Below are positions 1 through 13,200 of a DNA stretch of 64,000 nt, in pieces; positions within the stretch are counted from its first letter, which is position 1, and every line of letters starts with the position of its first letter. Source of the DNA: Octopus vulgaris (taxonomy: Eukaryota); the NCBI GenBank assembly GCA_951406725.2, contig OX597814.1, positions 9,176,001 to 9,240,000 on the forward strand, in the 5' to 3' direction. The position numbers and the translations under genes are program-made. The notes below the pieces were generated by a model that worked only from the letters and a program-made list of their open reading frames with translations, did not search any database and was not told the DNA's origin.

Positions 1-90
1 GAAGAACGTTAGCCTGGTAGTTTTTGGAAAGCAAGCTTTGGTCTTGAGCTGCTAATATGAAACATTCAGTCTGTGTTTTCAGTCCTTACC

Positions 91-121
91 ATTATTATTA
101 ATTGTTACATTATTATTATTA

Positions 122-163
<42 letters not shown>
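91..163. repeat. (ATT)n microsatellite, tail/target of R4/Dong LINE
   Basis: Direct reading. Confidence 0.95.
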
Positions 164-164
<1 letters not shown>

Positions 165-165
<1 letters not shown>

Positions 166-545
166 CTTCGTAACACAGTGTAGGTAAAAATGCACTGGAG
201 TCTTTAGTCATCTGTCAAGTCACAACAAGGACCTCAGACGGATAATACTTTCCTTAAGATGTGCGCTGTGTCCAATAAAGCTGCTTTTTGTAAGATATCA
301 ATCTTGCAAGGGATTTCCAATTGCCTTAAGAAGTTTTGAAGTTTCAATGGGATTGAACCCAGCATTCTGATCACCACTGGTATCACTTTTACATTACCCT
401 CTCACTTTCCATACAGTCTTGCCATTTCCACTTTCAGTTCGGATTACTTGGAGATATTTCAACCTCTTTACTCACAACATTCATGTCATTTGGTATGGCT
501 ACATCAATGATCTGACAGTATTTGTCTCTCTTACTCAATATGACA
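165..545 (-). mobile_element. R4/Dong-type non-LTR retrotransposon 3' end (REL endonuclease), degenerate
   Basis: Minus-strand peptides IIDVAIPND.., VIPVVI..LGSIP.., LQKAALL.TAHILRKVL; flanked by (AAT)n. Confidence 0.8.
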
Positions 546-667
546 ATATTATTATTGTTGTTGTCATTGTCGTCATCATTATGATTATCATTATCATTAC
601 TATCATTATCATTATTATTATTATTATCATTATTATTATTATTATTATCATTATTATTATTATCGTT

Positions 668-699
<32 letters not shown>

Positions 700-1374
700 C
701 ATTATTATTATTAGTATTATTATCATTATCGTTATTATCATTATCGTTATTATCATTATTATTATTATTATCATTATTATTATTATTATTGTTATTATTA
801 TTATCCTTATTATTATTATCATTATTATTATCATTATTATTATTATTATCATTATTAACCTGTGCTAGCGCGGAAAACGGACATTAAACGATGATGATGA
901 TGATGATGATTATCATTATTATTATTATTATCATCATTATTATTATCATTATCCTTATTATTATCATTATCATTATAATCATTATTATTATCAAAATTAT
1001 TATTATTATTATCATCATTATTATTAATATTATTATTATCATTATTATTATCATAATTATTATTATTATCATTATTATTATCATAATTATTATTATTATC
1101 ATCATTATTATTATTATTATTATTATCATTATAATCATTATTATTAACAAAATTATTATTATTATTATCATCATTATTATTAATATTATTATTATCATTA
1201 TTATTATCATAATTATTATTATTATCATTATTATTATCATAATTATTATTATTATCATCATTATTATTATTATTATTATTATCATTATAATCATTATTAT
1301 TAACAAAATTATTATTATTATTATCAGTATTATTATTAATATTATTATTATCATTATTATTATCATAATTATTA

Positions 1375-1405
<31 letters not shown>

Positions 1406-1503
1406 TATTATCATTATTATTATCATTATTATTATTATCATAATTATTATTATTGTTATTATTATCATTATTATTATCATTATTATTATTATTATCATTA
1501 TTA

Positions 1504-1546
<43 letters not shown>

Positions 1547-1559
1547 CATTATTATTATT
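546..1559. repeat. ~1 kb imperfect (ATT/ATC)n microsatellite with 156-bp higher-order periodicity; short RTE tail at ~860-910
   Basis: caaaatt marker at 992, 1148, 1304; gctagcgcggaaaacggacattaaacgatgatg insert. Confidence 0.93.
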
Positions 1560-1562
1560 CAT

Positions 1563-2083
1563 ATACACTCAACAGATTAGACTGTTGGAAAGGAAAAATT
1601 CCTAACATCAGGCTACAACAGAGTAACCTTAGATGCCAAGAACCCTCCTAAGCATCCAAGCTGTCCCTAATAACACTGTTTTCTGGAGCTGTACTAAATT
1701 ATGTGTTATGCCTATTTCCTCTATCCATCTGTCGAATATTTAGGGATAGTTCCCAATGCACCTATAACTACTGGAATAGATTTTACCCGCACTTTCCATA
1801 GTCTCTGTAATTCAATGGTTGGGTCCTGGTACTTTGCTATTTTTTTCTAAACCATTTATATTGACTTTCTTATCATTTGTGACTGTAAAGTCAATTATCT
1901 GGCTTTTGTATCCTTGTTTGCAGATACACTATTTTAACAAACAGGAGTAAATATATTCACAGAGGTTAACTTTCAACTCCCAGCATACAAGACTCCAAAT
2001 GCCTTCTGTTGTCAATGAAGTACGTTGCTCTTTTATAAGAGTCCAATGAGTCTACTTTCAATTTCACAGCATTCAAGCATAAT
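1563..2083 (-). mobile_element. R4/Dong-type LINE 3' end, degenerate
   Basis: Minus peptides KYQD..IELQRLWK.., IPVVIGALGTIP, LQKTVLLGTA.MLRRVL. Confidence 0.8.
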
Positions 2084-2084
2084 C

Positions 2085-2376
2085 GCTACCAACGTCGCCT
2101 TACTGGTACCTGTGCCGGTGGCATGTGTAAAAAGATTCGAGCGAGATCATTGCCAGTATCGCCTGACTGGCCCCCATGCCGGTGGCACGTAAAAAGCACC
2201 CACTACACTCATAGAGTGGTTGGCATTAGGAAGGGCATCCAGCTGTAGAAACACTGTCAGATCAGGATTGAAGTCTGGTGCAGCCATCTGGTTCAGCAGG
2301 CCTCAGTCAAAATCATCCAACCCATGCTAGCATGGAAAGCGGACGTTAAACGATGATGATGATGAGGATGATGATG
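2085..2376 (+). mobile_element. RTE-LINE 3' UTR/tail fragment ending (GAT)n
   Basis: ...catggaaagcggacgttaaacgatgatgat tail shared with RT-bearing RTE copies in the window. Confidence 0.8.
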
Positions 2377-2377
2377 T

Positions 2378-3858
2378 TGCTGTCTGTCACCACAACATCT
2401 CCTCCTTTGAGATTGACTTCTGTTGGGAAAATATTTTTTTCATATCACATCTTCCATTTCGAGATTTACTTTCCCCAACAGATTAATATTTAATTCGTTT
2501 TGGAACACTGCCTCCAACAATTCTGTATGTTTTCTTTTTCTTGTACTGGTATGCTTTATTTCAATGATTTCTTACAGAATCAGCTCATCAAATATCTCTT
2601 GGAGAACTTCCATGAGTACTTCTTTCCTTGTAACCCTTTCTTCAGCAAACCTTCTTTTCAGCTGATTCATGTGTTTTTTTATGTTGTTCCCATTTAGAAT
2701 CTCACTTCATGTACATAATTTTACAGATCCATTTTATTATTTCACCATCTTCTCCGACCTTCTTTTCCATTTCTGTACACTCTGAAAAACACCTGATCAC
2801 CACTTATTGAATACTTCATTGTATTTTTAGCGTTTTCCTAGTTTTTATTTTTCTGCTGGGTAATAATTTCTCAAAAACTGACCTAACTTTTCTTATGAAC
2901 ATCAGTTTAGCAGGCGACATGCTTGAAGGGGTATTTGTGTTTGGCGTTACACAGTAAACTCTCAGGAATTGTTACAATGCTACATCATCCACTACCTCAT
3001 TTATAGATTTCTTTAACACCCTTCTAATGTGTCCACAAAATGTTCAGCTTGTCCGTTTAATCTTGGGAGATACAGAGGAGTAGTGATATGTTCAATTGAG
3101 AACAGTTTGCAAAAATTCTGAAATTTATTTGTCATGAACTGTGTGCCATATCTTGCTAAAAGTTCATGTGGAAAATCCACTCTTACTGTGGAGGTTAGTT
3201 TTTCTACATGTACACATTTCTGGTCATTTTGTAAAACTATCTATCACTATTAGATAATTTGATCTGTTTAGTGCTCCTGTGTAGTCTAGACCATGGAATA
3301 TTGGTTTTGGGCCAAGGTTGAAATTTGGTAGGTGGTGATTTTTGCTGTAAGAACCTCTGTGGATACCAACCTCTCAATATCTAGATCCATTTTCAGCTAG
3401 TAAATATAACTCCCCAAAAGTGACTTCATCCTAGAAATTCCTGGATGTCCAGTGTGGAATTCCTTTAACATTCGATTGTAGTGAGACAGGCATTACAACT
3501 CTCGGTGCACCCAAAAGTACATTGTCACGTATCAAACATGGACTTGAAACTGTGTTAAGTCCAACCACATGCATTTTTTTATTTGTTTCTTCTGATCTCG
3601 TTGTTTTTTTTTTACTTTCATGATAAAGTCGTCTCTTTCTGCCTAATTTTTATTTCCTCCAGTGTGACAGGCAATTCACATACAACGTTGCACAAATCCA
3701 TTTTTTATTTCATGATCATCTCTTAATGCCACTATCACTGTGTTTTCTAGTGGTTCACTGTATTTTGGTATTGTCCTTGACAAACCATCTGCATGCCCCA
3801 ATTTTTTAAATGGTAAATACTCCATCTGAATAAGCTTGCAGTTATAAGACACGCCAAT
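2378..3858 (-). mobile_element. Ty3/Gypsy LTR retrotransposon pol 3' remnant (integrase), with polypurine tract and start of 3' LTR
   Basis: GHADGLSR; LKEFHTGHPGISRMKSL (integrase zinc finger); HITTP.Y.PR.NGQAE.FVDT (integrase core); AAAAGGAGGAGA|TGTTG at ~2409-2393. Confidence 0.8.
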
Positions 3859-5985
3859 ATGCATGATAAAGAACCACTTCATAATCTCTCAAATACAATC
3901 CAGAATAGAAAACAAATTAAAATTGGAAACTATGTAACAAAGGAAATTATACAAGAACTAAAACCAGATCTCACTGAATTAAATGAAATGATTTATGCAG
4001 CTGCTAAGACAATTGAAAGCAGTTGTATGCCTCTGAGAAAAGCCAAGAAATACAAACCTGAGAAGAATTCCAAACTGGAAAAGTAAAATTGAAAAAGAGA
4101 TTGAAATAAAGAGAAATGAAATATCAATATTGACTGAACTCATCTGTGGAAACGATGTAAGAAAGATGAAGAGAAAATATAGATTCTCACCAAGAGAAGA
4201 ACTGCTTTCAGCAAAAGAAACACTGCAATGAAAAATCACTTTCACCTTGAATTTTCTACATAATCCTAATACCCTTACAGATGAACTCAACAAAATAGGG
4301 TATGGATATAAAATTGGCAAGAGGAAAATAAGTCATCTATTTTATGTGGATGACTTAAAACTTTATGGCAAAGACGATAATGAGCTTGAAGTACTACTAC
4401 ATACTGTGAAAGCATTTAGTGATGACCTCGGGATGGAATTTGGTCTTGATAAATGTGCAAGGGTCACTTTCCAGAAAGGGAAATTGAAGACGTCACATTC
4501 AGTGGAGTTGGATGTTGACACAGTCATAAAAGAACTCAAGCAAGAAGAAACTTACAAATACCTCGGAATAAATGAGGGTTCTGGCATTCAGCATGCAAGA
4601 ATGAAAGAGAAGGAATGGTAAAGGTGAGTTCAAGCAGTCCTAAAATCCGAGTTAAATGCATGTAACAAGGTGTTAGCAATAAATTCCTTAACAGTTCTGG
4701 TTGTTATTTACAGTTTCAATGTATTCAACTGGAATATGAGTGAAATAAGGAAGATTGACAGGAAAATCTTTGAGTTGCCGAGTTGCAAAAAGAGGCACCA
4801 ACCAAAGGCAGATGCAGATCGTCTTTACCTACCCAGAGCTCAAGGAGGTCGAGGCTTGGTTTGATTTGAAACCTCCTACAAAACCATCACAACTGGACTG
4901 GCCAAATATCTTGAAACATCTAATGAATGGATGCTAAATCTCATTGAAATTGGAAGTGCAACAACTGTAGCTGCAAAGAAGGTGAAACCAGTAGCAAAGC
5001 AAAATGCGCTTGGACAATTGGATGATGGGTGGGAAGAAAATCCTCTGCATGGCAAATATGTGGCCCGTAGCAAACAAGCTGATGTAGACCAGAAGCACAG
5101 CCATCAGTGGCTAGGGAGCTCAGAGCTTAAAGGCAGAGAGAGAGAAGGCTTTATCTTGGCTACCCAAGATCAGAACTTATTGTCCTGGGACTATCAAGCC
5201 AATGTGATGAAAAATGGAGCAGACCCAAAGTGCTGATACTGCAACAATGATATAGAAATAGTGGACCACCTACTCTCTGGATGTAAGGTTTTAGCACCTG
5301 TATAGTATAAATCAAGGTATTGCAGATAATGTGTCGGCATTATAAAATGAAAAGTGCTGACAAATGGTACAAGCACCACCCTGAGGCTGTTAGAGAGGGA
5401 GAAAATGTAACGATTCTTTGGGACTTCCCAGTATGTACAGATGTGACCATCAAGGCAAATAAACCAGAAATTGTTGTGAAAGACCAAAACAATAAAGTCT
5501 GTTTATTGATTGATGTGAGCGTATTTTGTGTCTATGATATCTCGGCAAAAGAATTTGATAAACTCAGAAAATATAAAGATCTGCTGATTGAAATCGAAAA
5601 GATGTGGCATCTCAAGACACTTACAATACCAGTGATTGTAGGAGCACTTGGAATGATCAAAAAGGGAACTGAAAATTATTTAAGAACGATCCCTGGATTA
5701 TCATCCGTGCAAGAAGTGCAAAAGATTGTCTTAACTGGTCACATGTATTGAGAAGAGCATCATTGCTGTGAATTTTCTTTCCTTTTTTCCCTTTTATTTT
5801 CTTTGTTTATTTTTTCCTTTTTTCTGTCTTTCTTCTCTTTTTTCTCTATCACATGACTTTGTAAATGAATGAGTTAGCGTGTTTATTTTAATTGCCTACC
5901 GATGTATACTGTGTGTTTCTCTGCCCTAGGTGTCAGGAAGGCACTTGGCAAGAAATGGAAACAGAACTGAAAGATGATGATGGAA
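3859..5985 (+). mobile_element. R4/Dong-type LINE, truncated (RT + zinc finger + REL endonuclease), frameshifted
   Basis: HLFYVDDLKLY, MEFGLDKCA, ILWDF...ANKPEIVV...LLIDVS, IPVIVGALG; ends in (AAC/AAT)n. Confidence 0.9.
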
Positions 5986-6086
5986 ATAACAACAACAACA
6001 ACAATAAAATTGATAATAATCAGAGGTGTTTAACACAGACATGACAAAGCACAATGATATTCAATATTAATGAACAAATTGTTTAC

Positions 6087-6141
6087 CTTTTGAATGAAAT
6101 CCTTCATTTTCCTGTTTATTTTGGAGATATTCATGAAATAG
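6087..6141 (-). CDS. Macrodomain module 1 exon D: [18 protein letters not shown]+G
   Basis: 55 nt, acceptor ttttcacag, donor gtaaac; paralog of the other D exons. Confidence 0.78.
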
Positions 6142-9100
6142 CTGTGAAAAAAAAATAACAATCAATCATTTTTATGTTTAATTTTTTTGTCATTTTATAA
6201 AGAGAAGAAAAGAGAAAAAGCAAAATCAAAGGAAGGTTAATGGGGAAGATAGTTTTTGTGTGTGGCAAATGCTCAGGGGCATTAAACACTGAAAAATGTA
6301 CAGAAAACAACTTCTGTCACATTCCGTTAACTAGGTGACCAAGTTAGTAGCAGTGGTGGATGCTCTGAGGGCATAGCTGCTAGAATAGGAATAACCTGGG
6401 CAAGTTCTTATCTCTACTGGTAACAAAGGGCCTCTCACTCAGAGTGAAAGGTAGATTGTATGATACATGTGGGTGAACAGCCATGCTACATGGCAGTGAA
6501 ACATGAGCCATGACTGCTGAGGACATGCATAAGCTTGCAAGAAATGAAGCCAGTATGCTCCGATGGATGTATAATGTCAGTGTGCATACTTGACAGAGTG
6601 TAAGCGCCCTGAGAGAAAAGTTGGACATAAGAAGCATCAGATGTAGTGTACAAGAGAGACGACTGCGCTGGTATGGTCACGTGTTGCGAATTGATGAGGA
6701 GAGCTGTATGAAGAAGTGTCACACCCTAGCAGTTGAGGGAACCTGTTGAAGATTTAGACCTAGGAAAACCTGGGATGAGGTAGTGAAGCATAACCTTTGA
6801 ACATTGGTCCCCACAGAGGCAATGATGAGCAACCGAGACCTTTGGAGATATGCTGTGCTTGAGAAGACCCAGCAAGCCAAGTGAGACCATAACCATGGCC
6901 TGTGCCAGTGTAGCATAACCAGCCCATTTAAGAGTACCCTTCAATCATTGGCCAATAAACTGCACTTGCAAACACCTGTTGAGACAAGTGAAGTCGTTGT
7001 CATGGCCAATGATTGGCACCCGTGCTGGTGGATTGTAAAAAACTCCATTCAAGCATGGTCAGTGTCAGTACTGTCTAACTGATCCTGTGCCGGTGATACA
7101 TAAAAAAAAAACATTCGAGTAGAATCATTACTTGTGCCGCCTAACTTGTCCCATGCCGGTGGCACGTAAAAAGCACCATTCAAGCGTGGCTGATGCCAGT
7201 ATCGCCCGACTGGCCCTCGTGCAGGTAGCACATAAAAAGCACCCACTACACTCTCAGAGTGGTTGGCATTAGCAAGAGCATCCAGTTGTAGAAACATTGC
7301 AAGATCAGATTGGAGCCTGGTGCAGCCTTCTGGCTTGTCAGTCCTCAGTCAAACCAGCCAACCCATGACAGCATGTAAAGCGGACGTTAAACGATAAGGA
7401 TGATGATTTTTTAAACAGAAAAGATTGAAATTAACAATAGACAAACAAAATATTTAAAATATTTAATGATTTAAGGAAATGAGGCACTCAGATCAAAGAT
7501 ATTCCATCCATGGCCTTCCAGCAACTGGGAGACATGGTATTATAGTGGATGCGGCAGAAAAACCTTCCACTGTGACCACTGATGTGGTGTTAGTGAAGTT
7601 AAACATGTGGCAATGGTGTCTTCATGTAGCTGAAGTTGTATTGTTTCTTCTCTCCACTCACCATTCTGATTAAAACTGCTGAGTCTTGTGTTTGCTGTTG
7701 AAATGTCTATCAAGAATGTTGAAGTTGAGGTTCTTTGGTGCATCTTGTGTACCCAAGAATATTTGCGGCACAAAAGCAGAGTACAAGGTAATTATTTTCA
7801 TATTGTAAGCAAGAAGGAGGAGGTGGAGGAGGTCCAACAATTAGGATCATGGTCATTCATAAGAGAGATGACAAAGGAAAAGAGAAAAGATTCAAAACGA
7901 AAGAACTTCACAAACAGTTCTACAGTGGACAGGAATTTCCCCAATTTCTTCATTTCAGCATATGGACATAAAGAATGCCTTTTGGTATTAACACTGCTTC
8001 TGTTGCTATTAATTATCTTTAATAAGACTTCAGGCTATTTGTGACATCAGTGTCTATATATCGTTGACGGAGATTTGGCTGTTATGTTGCTACAGGGCAT
8101 CTGTCACTGATGAACCTGAGCAGAGCGAAAATACGTGATCTGGCAGTTCTGGTGCCTGTAGCAGATGATTGTCATCTACCAACAATATAAATATGAGTGC
8201 TTTTATGGACCGTGTGTCCATATGAGAGGTCCTCTCAAGGTAAATAAGGCAGTATTTGGTGTTCTAACACATCCACATTTAGTTGGATATAAAGATTGCC
8301 TTTAGGTATTAATACTGCTTCTGTTGCTATTACTTTTAATTACCTTGATTTAGGTTCAGTCTCAAGCGTCTTTAACTACAGCTATAGGCCAAACAAACCC
8401 TGGTAGGCAGAAAATGAGAGAAGCCTGTCATACATATGTGTTTGTGTCTCCTTGCCTTGACATTATGTGTTAGCTGTAAACGAGTGTCCCTGTTATGCAA
8501 GCGGTGTCCTTTGTTTCTAATATTTTGTAAAATGAGGAAATAGCTACCTCCCTTGGAACGAGGTGAGGGTTGGTGACAGGAAAGGCATCAAGCCATAGAA
8601 AATCCACCTCAACAAATTCTATCCCACACAAGTTAGCAGATGGAGATGGTGGTGGTAGTGGAGATGATGGTGATGAAGAGGATGCATTCTGTTATTGAAA
8701 TATCATCATCATAAATATAGAGAGTGAAGGAGGAAAGAGAGAGAAAGAATGAAGATTTGCAGTTATTCTTTCACTGTTGTAATAAGCTACTCCCACCTCT
8801 CTCTCTCTCCCACTCTGTCTGTCTTTGTCTCTCTCTTTCTCTCTCTCACACACTTTACCTACCTACCTATCCATTTATCTATTTACCTACCCACCTACCT
8901 ACCTACCTACCTTATCTATTTATATATCTATCTGTCTGTCTATCCATATATCTGTCTGTCTGTCTATCCATATATCTGTCTGTCTGTCTATCCATATATC
9001 TGTCTGTCTGTCTATCCATATATCTGTTTGTCTATCTGTCTAGCTATCCATCAATCCATCCACATGTCTGTCTAGCTATCCATCAATCCATCCATATATC

Positions 9101-10162
9101 TGTCTAGCTATCCATCAATCCATCCATATATCTGTCTAGCTATCCATCAATCCATCCACATATCTGTCTAGCTATCCATCAATCCATCCACATGTCTGTC
9201 TAGCTATCCATCAATCCATCCATATATCTGTCTAGCTATCCATCAATCCATCCACATATCTGTCTAGCTATCCATCAATCCATCCACATATCTGTCTAGC
9301 TATCCATCAATCCATCCATATATCTGTCTAGCTATCCATCAATCCATCCACATATCTGTCTAGCTATCCATCAATCCATCCACATGTCTGTCTAGCTATC
9401 CATCAATCCATCCATATATCTGTCTAGCTATCCATCAATCCATCCACATGTCTGTCTAGCTATCCATCAATCCATCCATATATCTGTCTAGCTATCCATC
9501 AATCCATCCATATATCTGTCTAGCTATCCATCAATCCATCCATATATCTGTCTAGCTATCCATCAATCCATCCATATATCTGTCTAGCTATCCATCAATC
9601 CATCCATATATCTGTCTAGCTATCCATCAATCCATCCATATATCTGTCTAGCTATCCATCAATCCATCCATATATCTGTCTAGCTATCCATCAATCCATC
9701 CATATATCTGTCTAGCTATCCATCAATCCATCCACATATCTGTCTAGCTATCCATCAATCCATCCACATGTCTGTCTAGCTATCCATCAATCCATCCACA
9801 TGTCTGTCTAGCTATCCATCAATCCATCCATATATCTGTCTAGCTATCCATCAATCCATCCATATGTCTGTCTAGCTATCCATCAATCCATCCAGCTGTC
9901 TGTCTAGCTATCCATCAATCCATCCAGCTGTCTGTCTAGCTATCCATCAATCCATCCAGCTGTCTGTCTAGCTATCCATCAATCCATCCAGCTGTCTGTC
10001 TAGCTATCCATCAATCCATCCAGCTGGCTGGCTGGCTGGCTGGCTGGCTGTCTGTCTGTCTGTCTGTCTGTCTAACTATCTCTCTATCTGTTTGTCTGTC
10101 TGTCTATCCATATATGTCTTTCTTTGTATGTATATATGTATATATGTATGTATGTATGTATG

Positions 10163-10239
<77 letters not shown>

Positions 10240-13200
10240 GTCTGTTTGTCTACCCATATAACTATCTTTCTATATGTATGTATGTATGTATCTATTTATC
10301 TACCTCTCTGTCTATCTGTCTGTTTGTCTATCTATCTATCTATCTTTATTTATCTGTACCTTGGCCGTAGGGTCACAAAAATTAAAATAAAGAATGTGCC
10401 TCCTGAAATAGAAATATAATAGCTCGTATCTGCCATTTGCTATGACATCGAGGACAAAATCAATATCTTGGAAATCGCTGATGTGGACCAGCCTAACTGG
10501 ATTGGACAAGAAATCAAAATTCTTGCTCAAATTAATCCAATGATTTTCGAAAAGATTCCACATCGAATCCAATTGAGATAGGATTCGAGTTTACGTGTGG
10601 CCATCAAAGGCAGAAAGCCACGTTGCTATGTTTGTGGTAGCAAAGCACACTTACAAATTAACTGCCCACTAGCATAGAAACAACAACAACCACAAGAAAA
10701 CCAAAAACCATGCAAAAAACCAGCACTACTACCCACACCGCTATATGCACAACTAATTAAACAGCTCTACAAGCAAATGAAGGAACATCAGTAAGCAACA
10801 AGTCAGCCCAACCAAACACCACCACCACCAGCGCCACCAAGAACAGAAACAACACCATCATCACCACCACCACCACCAACAACAACAACAACTTCAAAGG
10901 AGGAGGAGAAAACCAAAAACACTTATACCCCACCCCCAAAAACCCATACACCACACCCCAACTGTCACCAACCAGCACCAACACCAATAACAAAGTCAAC
11001 ACACTCAGAAATAGAACCCAATACACTTCCACTCCCACCTTCTGATTCCCCCAACATGTAGTCAGATGAAGACAATACAGAGGATTGGCAAGTGGCCACA
11101 GGGGGAAGGAGAAAAAGGAGGAAAAAAGAATAGAGAAGCAGACAAACAAAGCAGGGAGGTTTACCACTCCCAAAACTAAAACAGCCACATTAAACAAAAG
11201 CATCAACACCAAACACCCCAACAATGTTGACAGCCATAAACACCAACAACCTAGACCTAATGGAATACATTAGGTCAAACACCAACATAACAGAAAATGA
11301 TACCAAAACAAAGAATCACCCATGCACAACACTACCACAACACATCAAAATCATACACATGACACAGAACACACACAGCACCCTGAAATCTCTCTACCCT
11401 AATTCAGTTGGGAGATTTCAAAAATACCTGTTGAAAAACTATACCAAAACCTTCTGGGAGAAGACTGAGGTGAAGAACAAAGAACTTTCAGACAGTAAGT
11501 GACTCTCTCTCTCTCTTTCATCTTCCTTTCATGTGTAAAACACAACTTTCGATAGGAACATGCTCAAAATAGGCAGTATAAATGTACGTGGCTTGGAAAC
11601 GAGGCTACCTGTTAAATGACATCAAGTCACAAAATCTGCATATCATAGCCATCAGTGAGATCAGACTCCACAGCTCATGGGCACTCCAGCACATGTTCGA
11701 CAGACGTTGCGACATTTTTCTCCATGTCTACCGAGAATGGGCGGAGGTGGCACCACGGTGCTTCTTCGGACGAGTCAGGACCTCAAAGGAAGAGCAATTT
11801 TCCTAGACCCAAAGGGTAGGCTGGTCGTCTTGGATGTCGATGGCAGCAATGAGTGTGCTTTTCGACTGATAACAGTTTATGCATTGTCCTTAACAGGCCG
11901 GCCAGATTTCTTTTGACGTCTATAGGTTTTCCTGGGAACATCTCAACCTTTACTTTTAGTGGGGGATTGGAACGCTACCTTGGACACGCATCTAGACTAT
12001 GTGGGCAGAGATAGTAATAGGAGGGGATGCAAATGCCTCAAAGACCTGCTCAGACGTTTCCAATGGTCTGACAGGTACCGACTGGACCACCCAAATGTGC
12101 CAATGTAGACATGGTGCAACCGCATTGGGTCGTCCAGATCATACTTACATTCTATAGGGCAGTAGATAAGAATTGTGTAGGTTGTCCACATTTCCATATA
12201 GTCAGCTACACAGACTACAAATTTGTAACTTGTACACTTGACTTAGATAAGACACATAGGCCGGGTCTCGGTTACTGGAAGCTGACTGCGTCGTTCACAG
12301 CACGCCAGGCTTACAGGGACTAGATTAGCACATTAGTTAAGAGAGCATTGACGGGTGCCATTATCAACAACAGATGGTGGTATGCTCTAAAGAAAGCAAT
12401 TAAAAAGCTGAATCAGTTAGGTACAGTAAGGCCCTAGCATTAAATCAAAATAGAATAGAGGGAGACCTAGTTAAGAATTTAGAAGAGGCACTTAGAACTG
12501 GCATCGTGTCCAATGTACTGGGAGCGAGGTTGGCCCACGATCAACACCTCAATGCCAAACACGAAGGATGCATTGTCCAGAGCTAGGATGCATGCTCTGA
12601 GGAAGGAGTTGGAGCCACCCGAAAGGCCTAAGTGGCAGAGGCGCAACGAGGCAACAGAGCCACCATTAGGTCACTTAAAAATGAACAGGGGCGCAAATTA
12701 CTCGAGCCTGAATGAATGTGTGAAGCCTTTCAACAACACTTTGCCTGACTGTTTGGGACAACTGGTGGGTCAGAACACAGAGTGGACTTTAGTGCCTACC
12801 TGCATGCCCTGCCACGAGTCTCAGCAAGAGAGGCAGAGTGTTGTGAAAGACCCATCACAGCCATGGACATATGGGATGTGATGGCAGGCTGCACGAGAGA
12901 CAAGTCACCAGGCGTGGATGGTCTGCCCTACGAACTTTATTGTCATATGCCAGACTTGTTTAGAGGCATCTTGGCAGCAGTCTACTGCAACTGGCAGCAA
13001 AACGGAAGTATCCCCATCTTTGTAAAGTGAGGAGCAGTGGCAGTGCTAAAGAAAGATTCAAACAAGGGGGACGACATAGATTACATTCAGGCCCATCACT
13101 CTGCTCAATGCAGATTTGAAAATAGTCGACAAGATGCAAATATGCGCCATGCCGGGTAGGAGTATCCATGACAACCTCCATCTGATGCACTACATCATAG

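Noticed and set aside
419-1580. Long poly-Ile / poly-Asn ORFs
   Set aside because: Translations of (ATT)n microsatellite; no coding signal
1-6086. Further host exons (next exon A or PARP/WWE exons) downstream of D1, and an upstream exon D in 60056..64000
   Set aside because: None recognisable; these regions are accounted for by transposon remnants and simple repeats
7540-7773. Conserved minus-strand ORF (..WKVFLPHPL) in three copies, with a gtgagt donor at ~7657-7662; considered as an extra or alternative exon or a mariner remnant
   Set aside because: Poor acceptor, C->D already joins in frame, conservation is no higher than the surrounding duplicated intron, and the mariner resemblance covers only a few residues; better explained as an old Penelope-like fragment on the plus strand
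9035-10022. CRISPR-like array of 32-bp repeats
   Set aside because: Head-to-tail with no unique spacers, eukaryotic context, no cas genes
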